Source of the DNA: an uncultured Spirochaetota bacterium
Lineage (GTDB): Bacteria > Spirochaetota > B62-G9 > DRHN01
Reading direction: 5' to 3'
Length of the DNA stretch: 64,000 nt
Assembly: GCA_964460545.1 (NCBI GenBank)
Contig: CAYWUT010000001.1
Location: 21,320 to 85,319, forward strand
The position numbers and the translations under genes are program-made. This document shows, piece by piece, positions 54,501-63,249 of the stretch; position 1 is the first letter of the stretch; the number at the start of each line of letters is the position of its first letter. The notes under the pieces were generated by a model. It saw nothing but the letters and a program-made list of their open reading frames with translations. It had not been told where the DNA came from and made no database searches.

Positions 54501-54652
54501 GTGTAGACCGACACCGTTCGCAGTGATGATATTTCATAACCGAGCGTCGAGCCTATCTCCCACGCCGCGTGCGCGGCAAAGGGATCGTCCCTGTCAGGTC
54601 GCACCGCGATCTCTATCCTCGAGCATTTCGCCTCGTCGGTCCCCGAATCCAT
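51557..54652 (-). CDS. purL: phosphoribosylformylglycinamidine synthase, PurS-PurL fusion (1031 aa)
   Basis: The N-terminal ~170 aa are PurS-like duplicated domains. The rest carries PurL AIRS/AIRS_C motifs (SVFSDNAGVV, THNSPSALDPYGGAITGIVG, ISGKDSM). A separate purQ lies immediately downstream. Confidence 0.8.
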   Translation of the reverse strand: MDSGTDEAKCSRIEIAVRPDRDDPFAAHAAWEIGSTLGYEISSLRTVSVYTVYSRLSKERLSEFARDVLCDPVLCIYTVDAPAALKLPFFRWAVEVGYKPGVTDNVGHTATDVLKMMMKNGEQRPGPSDAGDGSLPAVYKSVQYLIDAELERKSVERIGREILYNGLIEEIVILDRNEFEEQGGVGPRSKNSFFDHAPVVDTLDLHVPDDALMELSADRVLALTLEEMKYFRNYFDREAVRQARIDEGIGPDPTDVELECFAQTQSEHCKHKIFNASIRYRENGRERVINSLFKTFICSATERIAKEKYFLVSVFSDNAGVVRFNDDYNLAFKVETHNSPSALDPYGGAITGIVGCDRDPAGTGMGSRIIAHTDVLCFGDPFVSVDELPPRMMHPKRIMEGVVKGIEDGGNKCGIPTVNGAVLFDPSYRGKPLVFCGSVGIMPRFIDGMPAHEKHAKPGDVIVMAGGRIGKDGIHGATFSSEEISEKSPSQAVQIGDPITQKNLLDMILEARDRFLYRGITDNGAGGLSSSVGEMALLAGGAVLQLEKAPLKYAGLDPWEILLSEAQERMTLAVPEEKLNRFLELAESRDVLAVSIGRFTDSGYFHIRYGNRTVGLLELEFLHASIPLSLEAVWEEPPVRRKPPSGAGDLGEVFLRMIGDLNICSREPVIRRYDHEVGGNTVIKPLMGWTGKEKGKTAPSDGGVIAPVPGDHTGFVLASGINPFLSPVDTYTMGAHAVDEALRNAVSVGADPDRVALLDNFCWPDPVYNEEKTPDGRYKLAQLVRAAEALHDAATAYGAPFISGKDSMKNDYKIGEHKVSVLPTVLVSALGIVPDIRTCVTSDFKLPGDGIYLLGETGPALGCSLFYRLYGGSSHRLPEVDFTRNGAVYRFYFGLVRDGVIASGHDLSEGGLAVGLMESCIGGMLGSDVDISSVEERSGLSPEEVLFSESAGRFLVSVNGDRESDLERRAGTAGLSHLLVRIGKTGEGNDLRVKAKRGELLSLSVESIASSYRRPLYDLMGMAFDDGPEGG

Positions 54653-54711
54653 ACCGTACCCCTCGTATAAACTTACCCTCTATTTTATAGACGCCTGATC
54701 CTGTGTATTCG

Positions 54712-55479
54712 CTAGAACCGGAAGTCGCCTCCCGTAAGCCCGCTCAGTCCCCCGAGAAGCCCCCCTCCCCGGGTCTCTTCCCTGTTCGACCGGGCAGCCG
54801 CCATGACCCGGTCGGCAAAACGGGAGAAGGGCAGGGTCTGAAGGTATACGGTGCCGGGACCGCGGAGGATGGCGAAGAAGAGTCCCTCGCCCCCGAAAAA
54901 GGCGGTTTTCAGACCGCCCACAAACTCGATCTCGTAGCTCACCTTTTCTTCAAAGGCCGCCAGGCACCCCGTATCCACGCGGAGCAGTTCCCCGGATTCC
55001 AGCTCTTTCTTGACAAGGGTTCCTCCCGCGTGAACGAACGCGAGCCCGTCTCCGGAGAGCTTCTGCAGAATAAAACCCTCTCCACCGAAAAAACCGGCCC
55101 CGAGCCGCTTCGTAAAGGCCACGGATATGTCAATGCCGTATGCCGAGCAGAGATAGGCATCACGCTGGCAGAGCATGGTTCCCGTTTGAGCGAGGTCCAG
55201 CGCGAGTATCTTACCCGGATAGGGAGCCGCGAAACTGACCTTTTTCTTCTCTCCCGCCCTGTTCATAAAGGTCGTAATAAAAAAGGATTCCCCGGCGATT
55301 ATGCGCTTGACGCCGGCCATCATGCCCCCGCCGGTTTCCGTCTTCATCTCAACGCCGTCCTCCATGAACATAAGCGCACCCGCCTCGGCCTGCACGGCCT
55401 CATCCGGATCGAGCGAAATAATGACGGCCTGCATGTCATCACCGATCAGGCGGTAGTCTATCTCATGAGCAGTGCCCAT
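54712..55479 (-). CDS. AIM24/TIGR00266 family protein
   Basis: Family-typical length and Gly-rich repeats (FFGGEGFILQKLSGDGLAFVHAGG...). Start taken at MGTAHEIDY. Confidence 0.5.
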   Translation of the reverse strand: MGTAHEIDYRLIGDDMQAVIISLDPDEAVQAEAGALMFMEDGVEMKTETGGGMMAGVKRIIAGESFFITTFMNRAGEKKKVSFAAPYPGKILALDLAQTGTMLCQRDAYLCSAYGIDISVAFTKRLGAGFFGGEGFILQKLSGDGLAFVHAGGTLVKKELESGELLRVDTGCLAAFEEKVSYEIEFVGGLKTAFFGGEGLFFAILRGPGTVYLQTLPFSRFADRVMAAARSNREETRGGGLLGGLSGLTGGDFRF

Positions 55480-55733
55480 AGCGTGCCCTCCTTCCTTTCC
55501 GGGACTCATTTAACAGTATCGCCGCTTTCGGCGATCACATATCGGCTGGGAAATGTTTTATCATTAATAATGTACCGCAAATAGACGGCACGTCAATCAG
55601 TCATGGGCCGCCGGATACCTATCAGTACCTGATAGTACCTTTCAGGTACTGATAGGCACTTTTATTTGACAATTAATGTCCATTCGTCCATATTTAGAGA
55701 AGCGCGAATCCTCCCGCTGAAGGGGAACCGGGA

Positions 55734-57128
55734 ATGAGAAACAGAGAACGGATCATGTGGATAAGCCTCGTTCTCGTCCTCCTCGTGGTCATCACCGCGT
55801 CCGGGCTGAACAGGATATTCGCCGGAGACGCGGAAAATACCTACGAACAGCTCCGGCTCTTCAACGAAATATTCAACCTCCTTCGCACCGAATACTACGA
55901 CGAGGATAAGGTCAAACCCGACGTTCTCGTTCCGGGCGCGATAGACGGCATGATAGAAGCGCTTGAAGACCCCCACACCTCCTATCTTCCTAGAGAGATG
56001 TATCAGGAGCTTCAGACCGATACGAAGGGAGAGTTCGGGGGGCTCGGCATCGTAATCGGAAAGCGCGACGACTGGATCACGGTGATATCACCCATAGACG
56101 ACACCCCGGCCGCGAAGAAGGGCCTTCGCTCGGGCGATAAAATCATCAGTATAAACGGGGAAACCACGGAGGGCTTTACGACCATGGACGCCGTGAAGCT
56201 CCTGCGCGGCAAGGTGGGCACGAGTGTGACCATCACGATAAAACGCGAGTCCGTGTCCGAACCGTTCGATGTAACGATCGTCAGGGGCGTTATCAAGCTT
56301 GAGACGGTCAAATCCACCACCATCGACGACGATATCGGCTACATCAGGATATCCCAGTTCAGCGAGCCGACCGCAGAGGCCCTGACCGAACACCTCGCGG
56401 ACCTGATTGGCCGGAACGTGGAGTCCCTCATCATAGATCTCCGCAACAATCCGGGCGGCCTCCTCTCCTCGGTCGTTGAAATAGCGGACATGTTCCTTGA
56501 AGAGGGAACCATCGTATCGACCAAGGGGAGAAACGCGGCGCAGAACCAGTTCTTTACCGCGCGTGAAACCGCCATGGTTCCCTCCCTACCTCTGCTGATA
56601 CTGGTAAACGAGGGAAGTGCATCCGCATCCGAGATATTCGCGGGTGCCATGAAGGACAACAAACGCGGCATACTCCTGGGCAGGAAGACGTTCGGGAAGG
56701 GGTCCGTGCAAACCGTGCGCGAGCTTCCGGACGGCTCCGGTATACGTATTACCACGGCGCTCTATTACACGCCCTCTGGAGTTTCCATAAACACCATCGG
56801 CATAGAGCCGGATGAGATCGTGAACGAGATCGAGCTCACTCCGGAGGAGGTCGAGGCGGTTAACAAACTGAACGAGACGACCATAATCGGGGATTTCGTT
56901 TCAAGCACACCGGACTATTCGAATGAAGACGTGAAAGATTTCACCATGACCCTCCGGGACGAAGGCTTCGACCTGCGTCCTGTTATCGTCAGGAGACTCA
57001 TCAAAAACGAGGTGGAAAAGAATAGAATGCCTTCGCTCGTGGACCTCGATTATGACGTTCAGCTCAAGTATGCCGTGGATATGCTGAGATCCCACGCCAT
57101 GCTGACGGGCACGGGTTCAGGCTCCTGA
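55734..57128 (+). CDS. carboxyl-terminal processing protease (S41 family, Ctp)
   Basis: N-terminal TM, PDZ domain (GGLGIVIGKRDDWITVISPIDDTPAAKKGLRSGDKIISING), catalytic Ser in LVNEGSASASEIFAG, and Lys in TFGKGSVQT. Confidence 0.88.
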   Translation: MRNRERIMWISLVLVLLVVITASGLNRIFAGDAENTYEQLRLFNEIFNLLRTEYYDEDKVKPDVLVPGAIDGMIEALEDPHTSYLPREMYQELQTDTKGEFGGLGIVIGKRDDWITVISPIDDTPAAKKGLRSGDKIISINGETTEGFTTMDAVKLLRGKVGTSVTITIKRESVSEPFDVTIVRGVIKLETVKSTTIDDDIGYIRISQFSEPTAEALTEHLADLIGRNVESLIIDLRNNPGGLLSSVVEIADMFLEEGTIVSTKGRNAAQNQFFTARETAMVPSLPLLILVNEGSASASEIFAGAMKDNKRGILLGRKTFGKGSVQTVRELPDGSGIRITTALYYTPSGVSINTIGIEPDEIVNEIELTPEEVEAVNKLNETTIIGDFVSSTPDYSNEDVKDFTMTLRDEGFDLRPVIVRRLIKNEVEKNRMPSLVDLDYDVQLKYAVDMLRSHAMLTGTGSGS

Positions 57129-57137
57129 GGAGATCCC

Positions 57138-57530
57138 ATGGTACGTGAGGTCACGATCCGCTCGGAGAAAAGAAACCAGTTCATCAGGGTGGACAACCAT
57201 CTTCGTGATCTTGTTCGCGATTCGGGCAGGGGGGAGGGCGTTATCACCGTGTTCGTTCCCCACACCACCGCGGGGATAACCATTAACGAGAACGCGGACC
57301 CGACCGTGGTCCTCGATATCGAGAAAAAAACAGGGGAGCTGATACCGGAGCGGGACCGCTACAGGCACGCAGAAGGCAACTCGGACGCCCATATCAAGGC
57401 GTCTTTCTTCGGAAGCAGCCAGAGCATAATAGTCGATAATGGAACACTCATGCTCGGAACCTGGCAGTCCGTATACTTTTGTGAATTCGACGGGCCCCGT
57501 ATACGAAAGATGTTGATGCGTTTCGACTAG
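57138..57530 (+). CDS. yjbQ: YjbQ/UPF0047 family protein (secondary thiamine-phosphate synthase-like)
   Basis: 130 aa. Contains VFVPHTTAGITINENADP and GTWQSVYFCEFDGPR, both typical of YjbQ. Confidence 0.75.
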   Translation: MVREVTIRSEKRNQFIRVDNHLRDLVRDSGRGEGVITVFVPHTTAGITINENADPTVVLDIEKKTGELIPERDRYRHAEGNSDAHIKASFFGSSQSIIVDNGTLMLGTWQSVYFCEFDGPRIRKMLMRFD

Positions 57531-57612
57531 GTCGGCCTGAACGCGGCAGTCCGTATACTTTTGTGAATTCGACGGGCCCCGTACTCGAAGGATGTTGATG
57601 CGTTTCGATTGA
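57463..57612 (+). repeat. direct duplication (68 bp x2, 14-bp spacer) of the yjbQ 3' end
   Basis: Copy 1 at 57463..57530 contains the true stop. Copy 2 at 57545..57612 differs at 4 positions and ends in a different stop. Confidence 0.85.
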
Positions 57613-57662
57613 GATATAAAAGCATGGAAAGGTTCTCCCACACGGGTTAAAGGAGGGGTACA

Positions 57663-58070
57663 ATGGTACTGTTTCTCGGAATCGCATGCATCATAGGAGG
57701 AGTGGTGTGTGTTCTTCCTCTCTTCATGGAGAGGAACCCCGGGTTAAAACGGTTCGATGATAGGCTTACCACCTATAAGATAATCATCGGCATAGCCGTA
57801 CTCGTTATCGGAATCATCAAGTTCATCGTGCCCTATCACAGAAACGGCAGGGTGCTCATCCCCATTTTCGGGGACTTCTTCCCGGCCGTGCTCGCAATAC
57901 TGACAGGCATATTCGTGTCTATCGATTTCCTCGAGTCTATTGAAGGCATAAAGGGAGCTTTCCTGGAACGGCTGCGTGCAATACTGCAAAAATATCAGTT
58001 TCCCATCGGCTTTGCAGCTATCCTCTTCGGGATTCTGCACTGGATCGTTTTCAGGGTCGTATTCTTCTGA
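57663..58070 (+). CDS. small integral membrane protein, hypothetical
   Basis: 135 aa with 4 predicted TM helices. RBS AGGAGGGG upstream. Confidence 0.5.
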   Translation: MVLFLGIACIIGGVVCVLPLFMERNPGLKRFDDRLTTYKIIIGIAVLVIGIIKFIVPYHRNGRVLIPIFGDFFPAVLAILTGIFVSIDFLESIEGIKGAFLERLRAILQKYQFPIGFAAILFGILHWIVFRVVFF

Positions 58071-58073
58071 TCC

Positions 58074-58970
58074 TCAATCGAGCGCGTCGCTCCTGCTCAC
58101 CACCTTGTTCAGGGGATACTCGATAATGCCGTCCGCGCCCTCGCCTATGAGCTGCGGTATAAGCTCCCGGACAAGGTCCTCCCGAATGATCGTTTCAACC
58201 GAAAGCCACTCGGCATCGTGCAGCTCAGCCACGGTCGGAGCGGTCAGGCTCGGCAGAATCCCGGCAACGGCTTCCAGTTTCTTTCGCGGAACGTTCATCT
58301 TCAAACCGACCAGGCTCTCGGCGTTGAGCGCACCCCTGAGCAGGAGGGCCATCTGGTATATCTTCGCCTTTTTCCACTCGTCTTTCAGGCTTTCTTTGTT
58401 CGCGATGAGCTTCGTATTCGTTTCCAGCAGGGTATGAATGATTTTGAGGCCGTGCGCCCTGATCGTCGTTCCCGACTCGGTCACTTCCACGATCGCGTCC
58501 ACGAGCCCCTCGGCCACCTTCGCCTCGGTCGCTCCCCAGGAGAATTCCACCTTCACGGGAATATCCCGCGCTTTGAACCAGTCCCTCGTGTAGTTCACAA
58601 GCTCGGTCGATATGGTCTTGCCCGCCAGGTCCTCGACACGGTTGATGTCAGAGTCGCCGGGCACGGCAGCGACCCACCGCGCCTTGCGCAGGCTCCTCTT
58701 GGAGTAGATGAGGTCCGATATGATCTGCACCTCCGCCCTGTTTTCGAGTACCCAGTCGAGACCGGTGAGCCCCACGTCGAGGACGCCGTTCTCCACGTAG
58801 CGCGCCATCTCCTGTGCCCTGACGAGCGAGCATGAGATCTGATCGTCGTCAATGGAAGGAAAATAATTCCTGGCCGAAACGTCGATCTTCCATCCCGCGC
58901 GGTAGAAAAGATCGATCGTTGCCTTCTCCAGGCTCCCCTTCGGTATACCGAGTTTAATGTTCTTTTCCAT
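58074..58970 (-). CDS. hisG: ATP phosphoribosyltransferase (long form)
   Basis: Begins MEKNIKLGIPKGSLEKATIDLF, and has the long-form C-terminal regulatory domain. Start taken at MEKNIK. Confidence 0.85.
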   Translation of the reverse strand: MEKNIKLGIPKGSLEKATIDLFYRAGWKIDVSARNYFPSIDDDQISCSLVRAQEMARYVENGVLDVGLTGLDWVLENRAEVQIISDLIYSKRSLRKARWVAAVPGDSDINRVEDLAGKTISTELVNYTRDWFKARDIPVKVEFSWGATEAKVAEGLVDAIVEVTESGTTIRAHGLKIIHTLLETNTKLIANKESLKDEWKKAKIYQMALLLRGALNAESLVGLKMNVPRKKLEAVAGILPSLTAPTVAELHDAEWLSVETIIREDLVRELIPQLIGEGADGIIEYPLNKVVSRSDALD

Positions 58971-59027
58971 ATTCTCTCTCCGGTGCGCCGCACCATTCAA
59001 CAAAATAACGTATGCCCGTCAGCGGCC

Positions 59028-59420
59028 TTATTTTTCCTGCGGATTATTTGCCGCTGGATACTTTTCCGCGGGATCGAAGACCTTCACACCGTCAACCTCG
59101 AGCCGGTCTCCCCGAACGACACGGTAGAAACAGCTCCTGTATCCCGTATGACAGGCCGCTCCCCCGATCTGGTTGACCTTGATGAGAATGCAGTCCCCGT
59201 CGCAGTCGACCCGGATTTCCTTCACTTCCTGCACGTTTCCCGATGTCTCGCCCTTTTTCCACAGTTTTTTCCTCGACCTGCTCCAGTAATGGACGATCCC
59301 TGTCTTCAGGGTCATCTCCCACGACTCCCTGTTCGCGAATGCCATCATGAGCACCTCGCCGGTTTCATGGTCCTGCGCGATTACCGGCACGAGCCCTTCC
59401 TTGAAATCTATATCGATCAT
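59028..59420 (-). CDS. hisI: phosphoribosyl-AMP cyclohydrolase
   Basis: Motifs [52 protein letters not shown]. Start taken at MIDIDF; the upstream part of the track ORF overlaps a tRNA. Confidence 0.85.
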   Translation of the reverse strand: MIDIDFKEGLVPVIAQDHETGEVLMMAFANRESWEMTLKTGIVHYWSRSRKKLWKKGETSGNVQEVKEIRVDCDGDCILIKVNQIGGAACHTGYRSCFYRVVRGDRLEVDGVKVFDPAEKYPAANNPQEK

Positions 59421-59485
59421 GGTATTTACCCTTTTCACCCTGTACCGGATTGGTATACGGCGGAAAAAACGAGGTGTCGTCCCAT

Positions 59486-59569
59486 TGCCGGAGGAGGGAC
59501 TCGAACCCTCATGGAGTTGCCCCCGCTGGATTTTGAGTCCAGTGCGTCTACCAGTTCCACCACTCCGGC
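59486..59569 (-). tRNA. tRNA-Leu (anticodon CAA)
   Basis: Reverse strand reads GCCGGAGTGGTGGAACTGGTAGACGCACTGGACTCAAAATCCAGCGGGGGCAACTCCATGAGGGTTCGAGTCCCTCCTCCGGCA. Anticodon loop CTCAAAA, long variable arm, T-loop GGTTCGAGTCC. Confidence 0.8.
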
Positions 59570-59733
59570 TCACCAAATGTATAGCAACCGCCTTTGGCAA
59601 AGTCAATTAATTTCACCCACGCCTCCTTCCTGTAAAACTCGTTGACCCGACCCCGCATGACCGCTATTTTTTGGAAACCCGTTTTTCACGGGCCTCTACA
59701 CCACTTTCACTCTGCGAGGATTCGGAGCCGGCT

Positions 59734-62331
59734 ATGGCGAGAGAGCACTACCCCTTTAAAACGATAGAAGAGAAGTGGCAGAAGGCCTGGGAGCGCGGGA
59801 AGCTCTTCAGGGTCGCCCGTGACGATTCGCGCGAGAAGTTCTACTGTCTCGAGATGTTTCCCTATCCGTCCGGCAGAATACATATCGGACACGTCCGCGT
59901 CTACACCATAGGCGACGTGCTTGCACGTTTCAAGCGGATGAAGGGATACAATATACTCCACCCCATTGGCTGGGATTCATTCGGCCTTCCAGCAGAAAAC
60001 GCGGCGATCGAGCGCAACGTGCACCCGGCGAAGTGGACGGCGAGCAATATTCATAACATGAAGGAGCAGCTCAGGAGGATGGGTTACTCGTATGACTGGG
60101 AGCGCGAAGTCGCCACCTACATGCCCGAATACTACCGGTGGAACCAGTGGATCTTCCTGAAAATGTATGAAAAGGGGCTCGCCTACAAGCGTGAAGCCGA
60201 GGTCAACTACTGTCCCAGATGTTCCACCGTGCTCGCCAACGAGCAGGTGGAGGACGGCGCCTGCTGGCGATGCGGGACCGAGGTGGTGCACAAAAGCCTC
60301 TCCCAATGGTTTCTCAGGATAACCGATTACTCCGACGAGCTCCTCGACGGTCTCGAAACCCTGCCGGGCTGGCCCGAGCGCGTCAAGAGCATGCAGCGCA
60401 ACTGGATCGGAAAAAGCCGCGGCGTTCTCATCAACTTCACGCTGGACGGCGAGGATTTTCCCATTTTCACGACCCGTCCCGACACGGTGTACGGCGTGAC
60501 CTTCATGGCGATCGCGCCCGAGCACCCCGTGGTCGCGCGGATTCTCGAAAACCACCCCGACCCCGCGCTCTCCCGGTTCGTCGCCCGTTTGAAAAAGGAA
60601 AGCGGACGCAGGGAGGAGGAAAATTATGAGAAGGAGGGCATGTTCACCGGCAGGTTCGTGATCAATCCGCTGAACGGGGAGCAGGTACCGCTCCACGTGG
60701 TGAATTTCGTACTCATGGAGTACGGTACCGGCGCCATCATGGCGGTCCCGGCCCACGATCAGCGTGATTTCGAGTTCGCGCGTAAGTACGATCTTCCGGT
60801 CAGGGTCGTCATTCAGAACCCGGAGGAGACTCTGGACGGGACATCAATGACGGAGGCGTACGTAGAAGACGGCGTCAACGTTGATTCGGGCCCCATATCC
60901 GGCCTTCGGAACCGCGACGGTATAGAGAAAATTGCGGACTATATAGAAAAAAAAGCGCTCGGCACGAGGACTTTGCACTACAGGCTGAAGGACTGGCTCA
61001 TATCGAGACAGCGCTACTGGGGGACCCCCATACCCGTGGTCTACTGCGAAAAATGCGGTATCGTACCCGTGCCCCTGGAGGACCTTCCCGTCATCCTTCC
61101 GGAGGATATTGAATTCGGAAAGGAAGACAACCCCCTGAAAACGAGTGACGGGTTCCTCCACGCAGTCTGCCCGAAGTGCGGCGGGGCCGCGCTTCGCGAG
61201 ACCGACACGATGGACACCTTCATAGACTCCTCGTGGTATTTCGAGCGGTACTGCAGTCCCGGAACGGACACCCTCCCCTTCCTGAAGGAGGATTCGGATT
61301 ACTGGATGAACGTCGACCAGTACATCGGCGGGATCGAGCACGCCATACTCCACCTCCTCTACGCCCGTTTCTTCACCAAGTTCCTCCGCGACATGGGCCT
61401 CACCTCGGTGGATGAGCCCTTTCAGCGTCTCCTCACGCAGGGCATGGTAACGAAGGAGACCGCATACTGTGAGGAGCACGGGTATCTTTTTCCCGAGGAG
61501 GTCGACGAGAACAAATGCTGTACAAAATGCGGGAAGAAAGCCGAGTTCGGACGAATCGAAAAGATGTCCAAGTCGAAGAAGAATGTAATCGACCCCGACG
61601 ACATCGTTAAACGGTACGGCGCCGATACGGTAAGGCTCTTCATACTCTTCGCCTCGCCGCCGGAAAAGGACCTCGAGTGGTCGGACGCGGGCGTGGAGGG
61701 CGCTTTCAGGTTCCTCAACCGGGTATACCGTCTCTTCGAGAAGTGGGTCGGTACCATTAAATCCAGGCATGACGAAATCGACGCGTACTGGAGGGATGAA
61801 GCACGGGCCGCGGTGAAACAGCGGGAGAAGGAGCTCCTGCATATGACGCACCGGACAATCAGAAAGGTGAGCGAGGATATCGAGACCCGCTTCCACTTCA
61901 ACACCGCCATTGCCGCGGTCATGGAGCTCGTCAACTACCTCTACGCTGCGGAACCGGAGTCAGTTGAAGGAGAGCATGAGCTCCTCGCGTACCTGGGGAG
62001 TCTCAAGACCCTCATCGTTATACTCTCACCCTTCGTGCCCCACCTGGCCGATGAGCTGTGGAGCAGGGCGGGATACGCGGGCTGCCTTCTGGAGGAACCA
62101 TGGCCGGTCTTTGACGAGGACCTCGCAAAACAGGACATCGTCACCATCGTGGTGCAGGTGAACGGCAAGCTCCGCGCCCGTTTCGAGGCGGAGCGGGACT
62201 CGGACGACGAGACACTCCTGGACCGGGCGCTCGAAGAGGAAAAGATAAAAAGGCTTGCCCAGACGGGGGAGATCGTCAAGACCATAGTAGTGAAGAACAA
62301 GCTGGTGAACATCGTCCTGCGCCCCTCCTGA
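59734..62331 (+). CDS. leuS: leucine--tRNA ligase
   Basis: HIGH motif [20 protein letters not shown], and editing-domain insertions. Start taken at MAREHYPFK. Confidence 0.92.
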   Translation: MAREHYPFKTIEEKWQKAWERGKLFRVARDDSREKFYCLEMFPYPSGRIHIGHVRVYTIGDVLARFKRMKGYNILHPIGWDSFGLPAENAAIERNVHPAKWTASNIHNMKEQLRRMGYSYDWEREVATYMPEYYRWNQWIFLKMYEKGLAYKREAEVNYCPRCSTVLANEQVEDGACWRCGTEVVHKSLSQWFLRITDYSDELLDGLETLPGWPERVKSMQRNWIGKSRGVLINFTLDGEDFPIFTTRPDTVYGVTFMAIAPEHPVVARILENHPDPALSRFVARLKKESGRREEENYEKEGMFTGRFVINPLNGEQVPLHVVNFVLMEYGTGAIMAVPAHDQRDFEFARKYDLPVRVVIQNPEETLDGTSMTEAYVEDGVNVDSGPISGLRNRDGIEKIADYIEKKALGTRTLHYRLKDWLISRQRYWGTPIPVVYCEKCGIVPVPLEDLPVILPEDIEFGKEDNPLKTSDGFLHAVCPKCGGAALRETDTMDTFIDSSWYFERYCSPGTDTLPFLKEDSDYWMNVDQYIGGIEHAILHLLYARFFTKFLRDMGLTSVDEPFQRLLTQGMVTKETAYCEEHGYLFPEEVDENKCCTKCGKKAEFGRIEKMSKSKKNVIDPDDIVKRYGADTVRLFILFASPPEKDLEWSDAGVEGAFRFLNRVYRLFEKWVGTIKSRHDEIDAYWRDEARAAVKQREKELLHMTHRTIRKVSEDIETRFHFNTAIAAVMELVNYLYAAEPESVEGEHELLAYLGSLKTLIVILSPFVPHLADELWSRAGYAGCLLEEPWPVFDEDLAKQDIVTIVVQVNGKLRARFEAERDSDDETLLDRALEEEKIKRLAQTGEIVKTIVVKNKLVNIVLRPS

Positions 62332-62342
62332 AAACGGAAGAG

Positions 62343-63080
62343 CTATGAAAGTAAAAGGTTAATGGATGCCCCGGCCGCCAGGATCTCAACGATTATATTG
62401 AAGACCTTCTGCGGAATTACCTTCACGAGGAAAACCCCGATAAGCGCTCCCGTGATTATGGCGGGAAAAAGAGTGATATCGAACGTCAGGGACCGGAGCG
62501 TTATGAGACCCAGCCCCAGTGAAAAGGGCAGCTTGAAGAGGTTGATTGCCGCGAAGAACCACGCCCTGTTGCCGATAAACTCCTTCTTCTCGGCTCCCAT
62601 GGAAAGGAGATAAATCGTCATTATCGGGCCCGCTGCATTCGCAATCATGGACGTGAAACCCACGAGCATGCCCATGAAACCGGAAAAGAAGAGCCCGTAC
62701 CGTCCCATGTCCACCTTTTTCAAACGCAGGAAAAAATTGAGGACGATGAGGCCGAGCACGAGGCCGCCGATAATGGGCTTGAGCTGAATATTCTCGAGCC
62801 TGTGCATGAAGAAAAATCCCGCGACAACGCCGGGAACGGCGAAGGGGAAGAGCCGCAGCAGGACCTTCCACTGCGCGTGCCTCCGGTAAAAGAGTATGGC
62901 GAAGATATCGGCGAATATGAGCAGCGGGAGAACGATGCCCACGGATTCCTTTGCCGGGAATATGCTCGCCATCAGGACCACGATAATGGGACCGGTCCCG
63001 GCGATACCGGTCTTGTTGAAGCCTATAAGGAGCGCGGATACGGCGGCGAGCGCCCAGCCGAGAGGCGACAGCCCGAACAT
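62343..63080 (-). CDS. TauE/SafE (DUF81) family sulfite/anion exporter-like membrane protein
   Basis: 245 aa with 7-8 TM helices and duplicated Gly-rich halves typical of the family. Confidence 0.55.
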   Translation of the reverse strand: MFGLSPLGWALAAVSALLIGFNKTGIAGTGPIIVVLMASIFPAKESVGIVLPLLIFADIFAILFYRRHAQWKVLLRLFPFAVPGVVAGFFFMHRLENIQLKPIIGGLVLGLIVLNFFLRLKKVDMGRYGLFFSGFMGMLVGFTSMIANAAGPIMTIYLLSMGAEKKEFIGNRAWFFAAINLFKLPFSLGLGLITLRSLTFDITLFPAIITGALIGVFLVKVIPQKVFNIIVEILAAGASINLLLS

Positions 63081-63249
63081 GTTTTCTCCCTGAATCGAAG
63101 ATGGTCCCTACAGATGGGGAATCCGCATAAGATACCACCAATCCCCCGGTAACACAAACACGATTTCCGCCCATCCCCGCTCTTCCCTTGACCGGGCGGC
63201 TATTTTTCCTTATCGTATGGGAAATTAGACATTATATGAGGATACGTAC

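Noticed and set aside
59028-59606. Extended 192-aa hisI ORF
   Set aside because: The upstream 60 codons overlap tRNA-Leu. The conserved HisI sequence begins at MIDIDF (59420).
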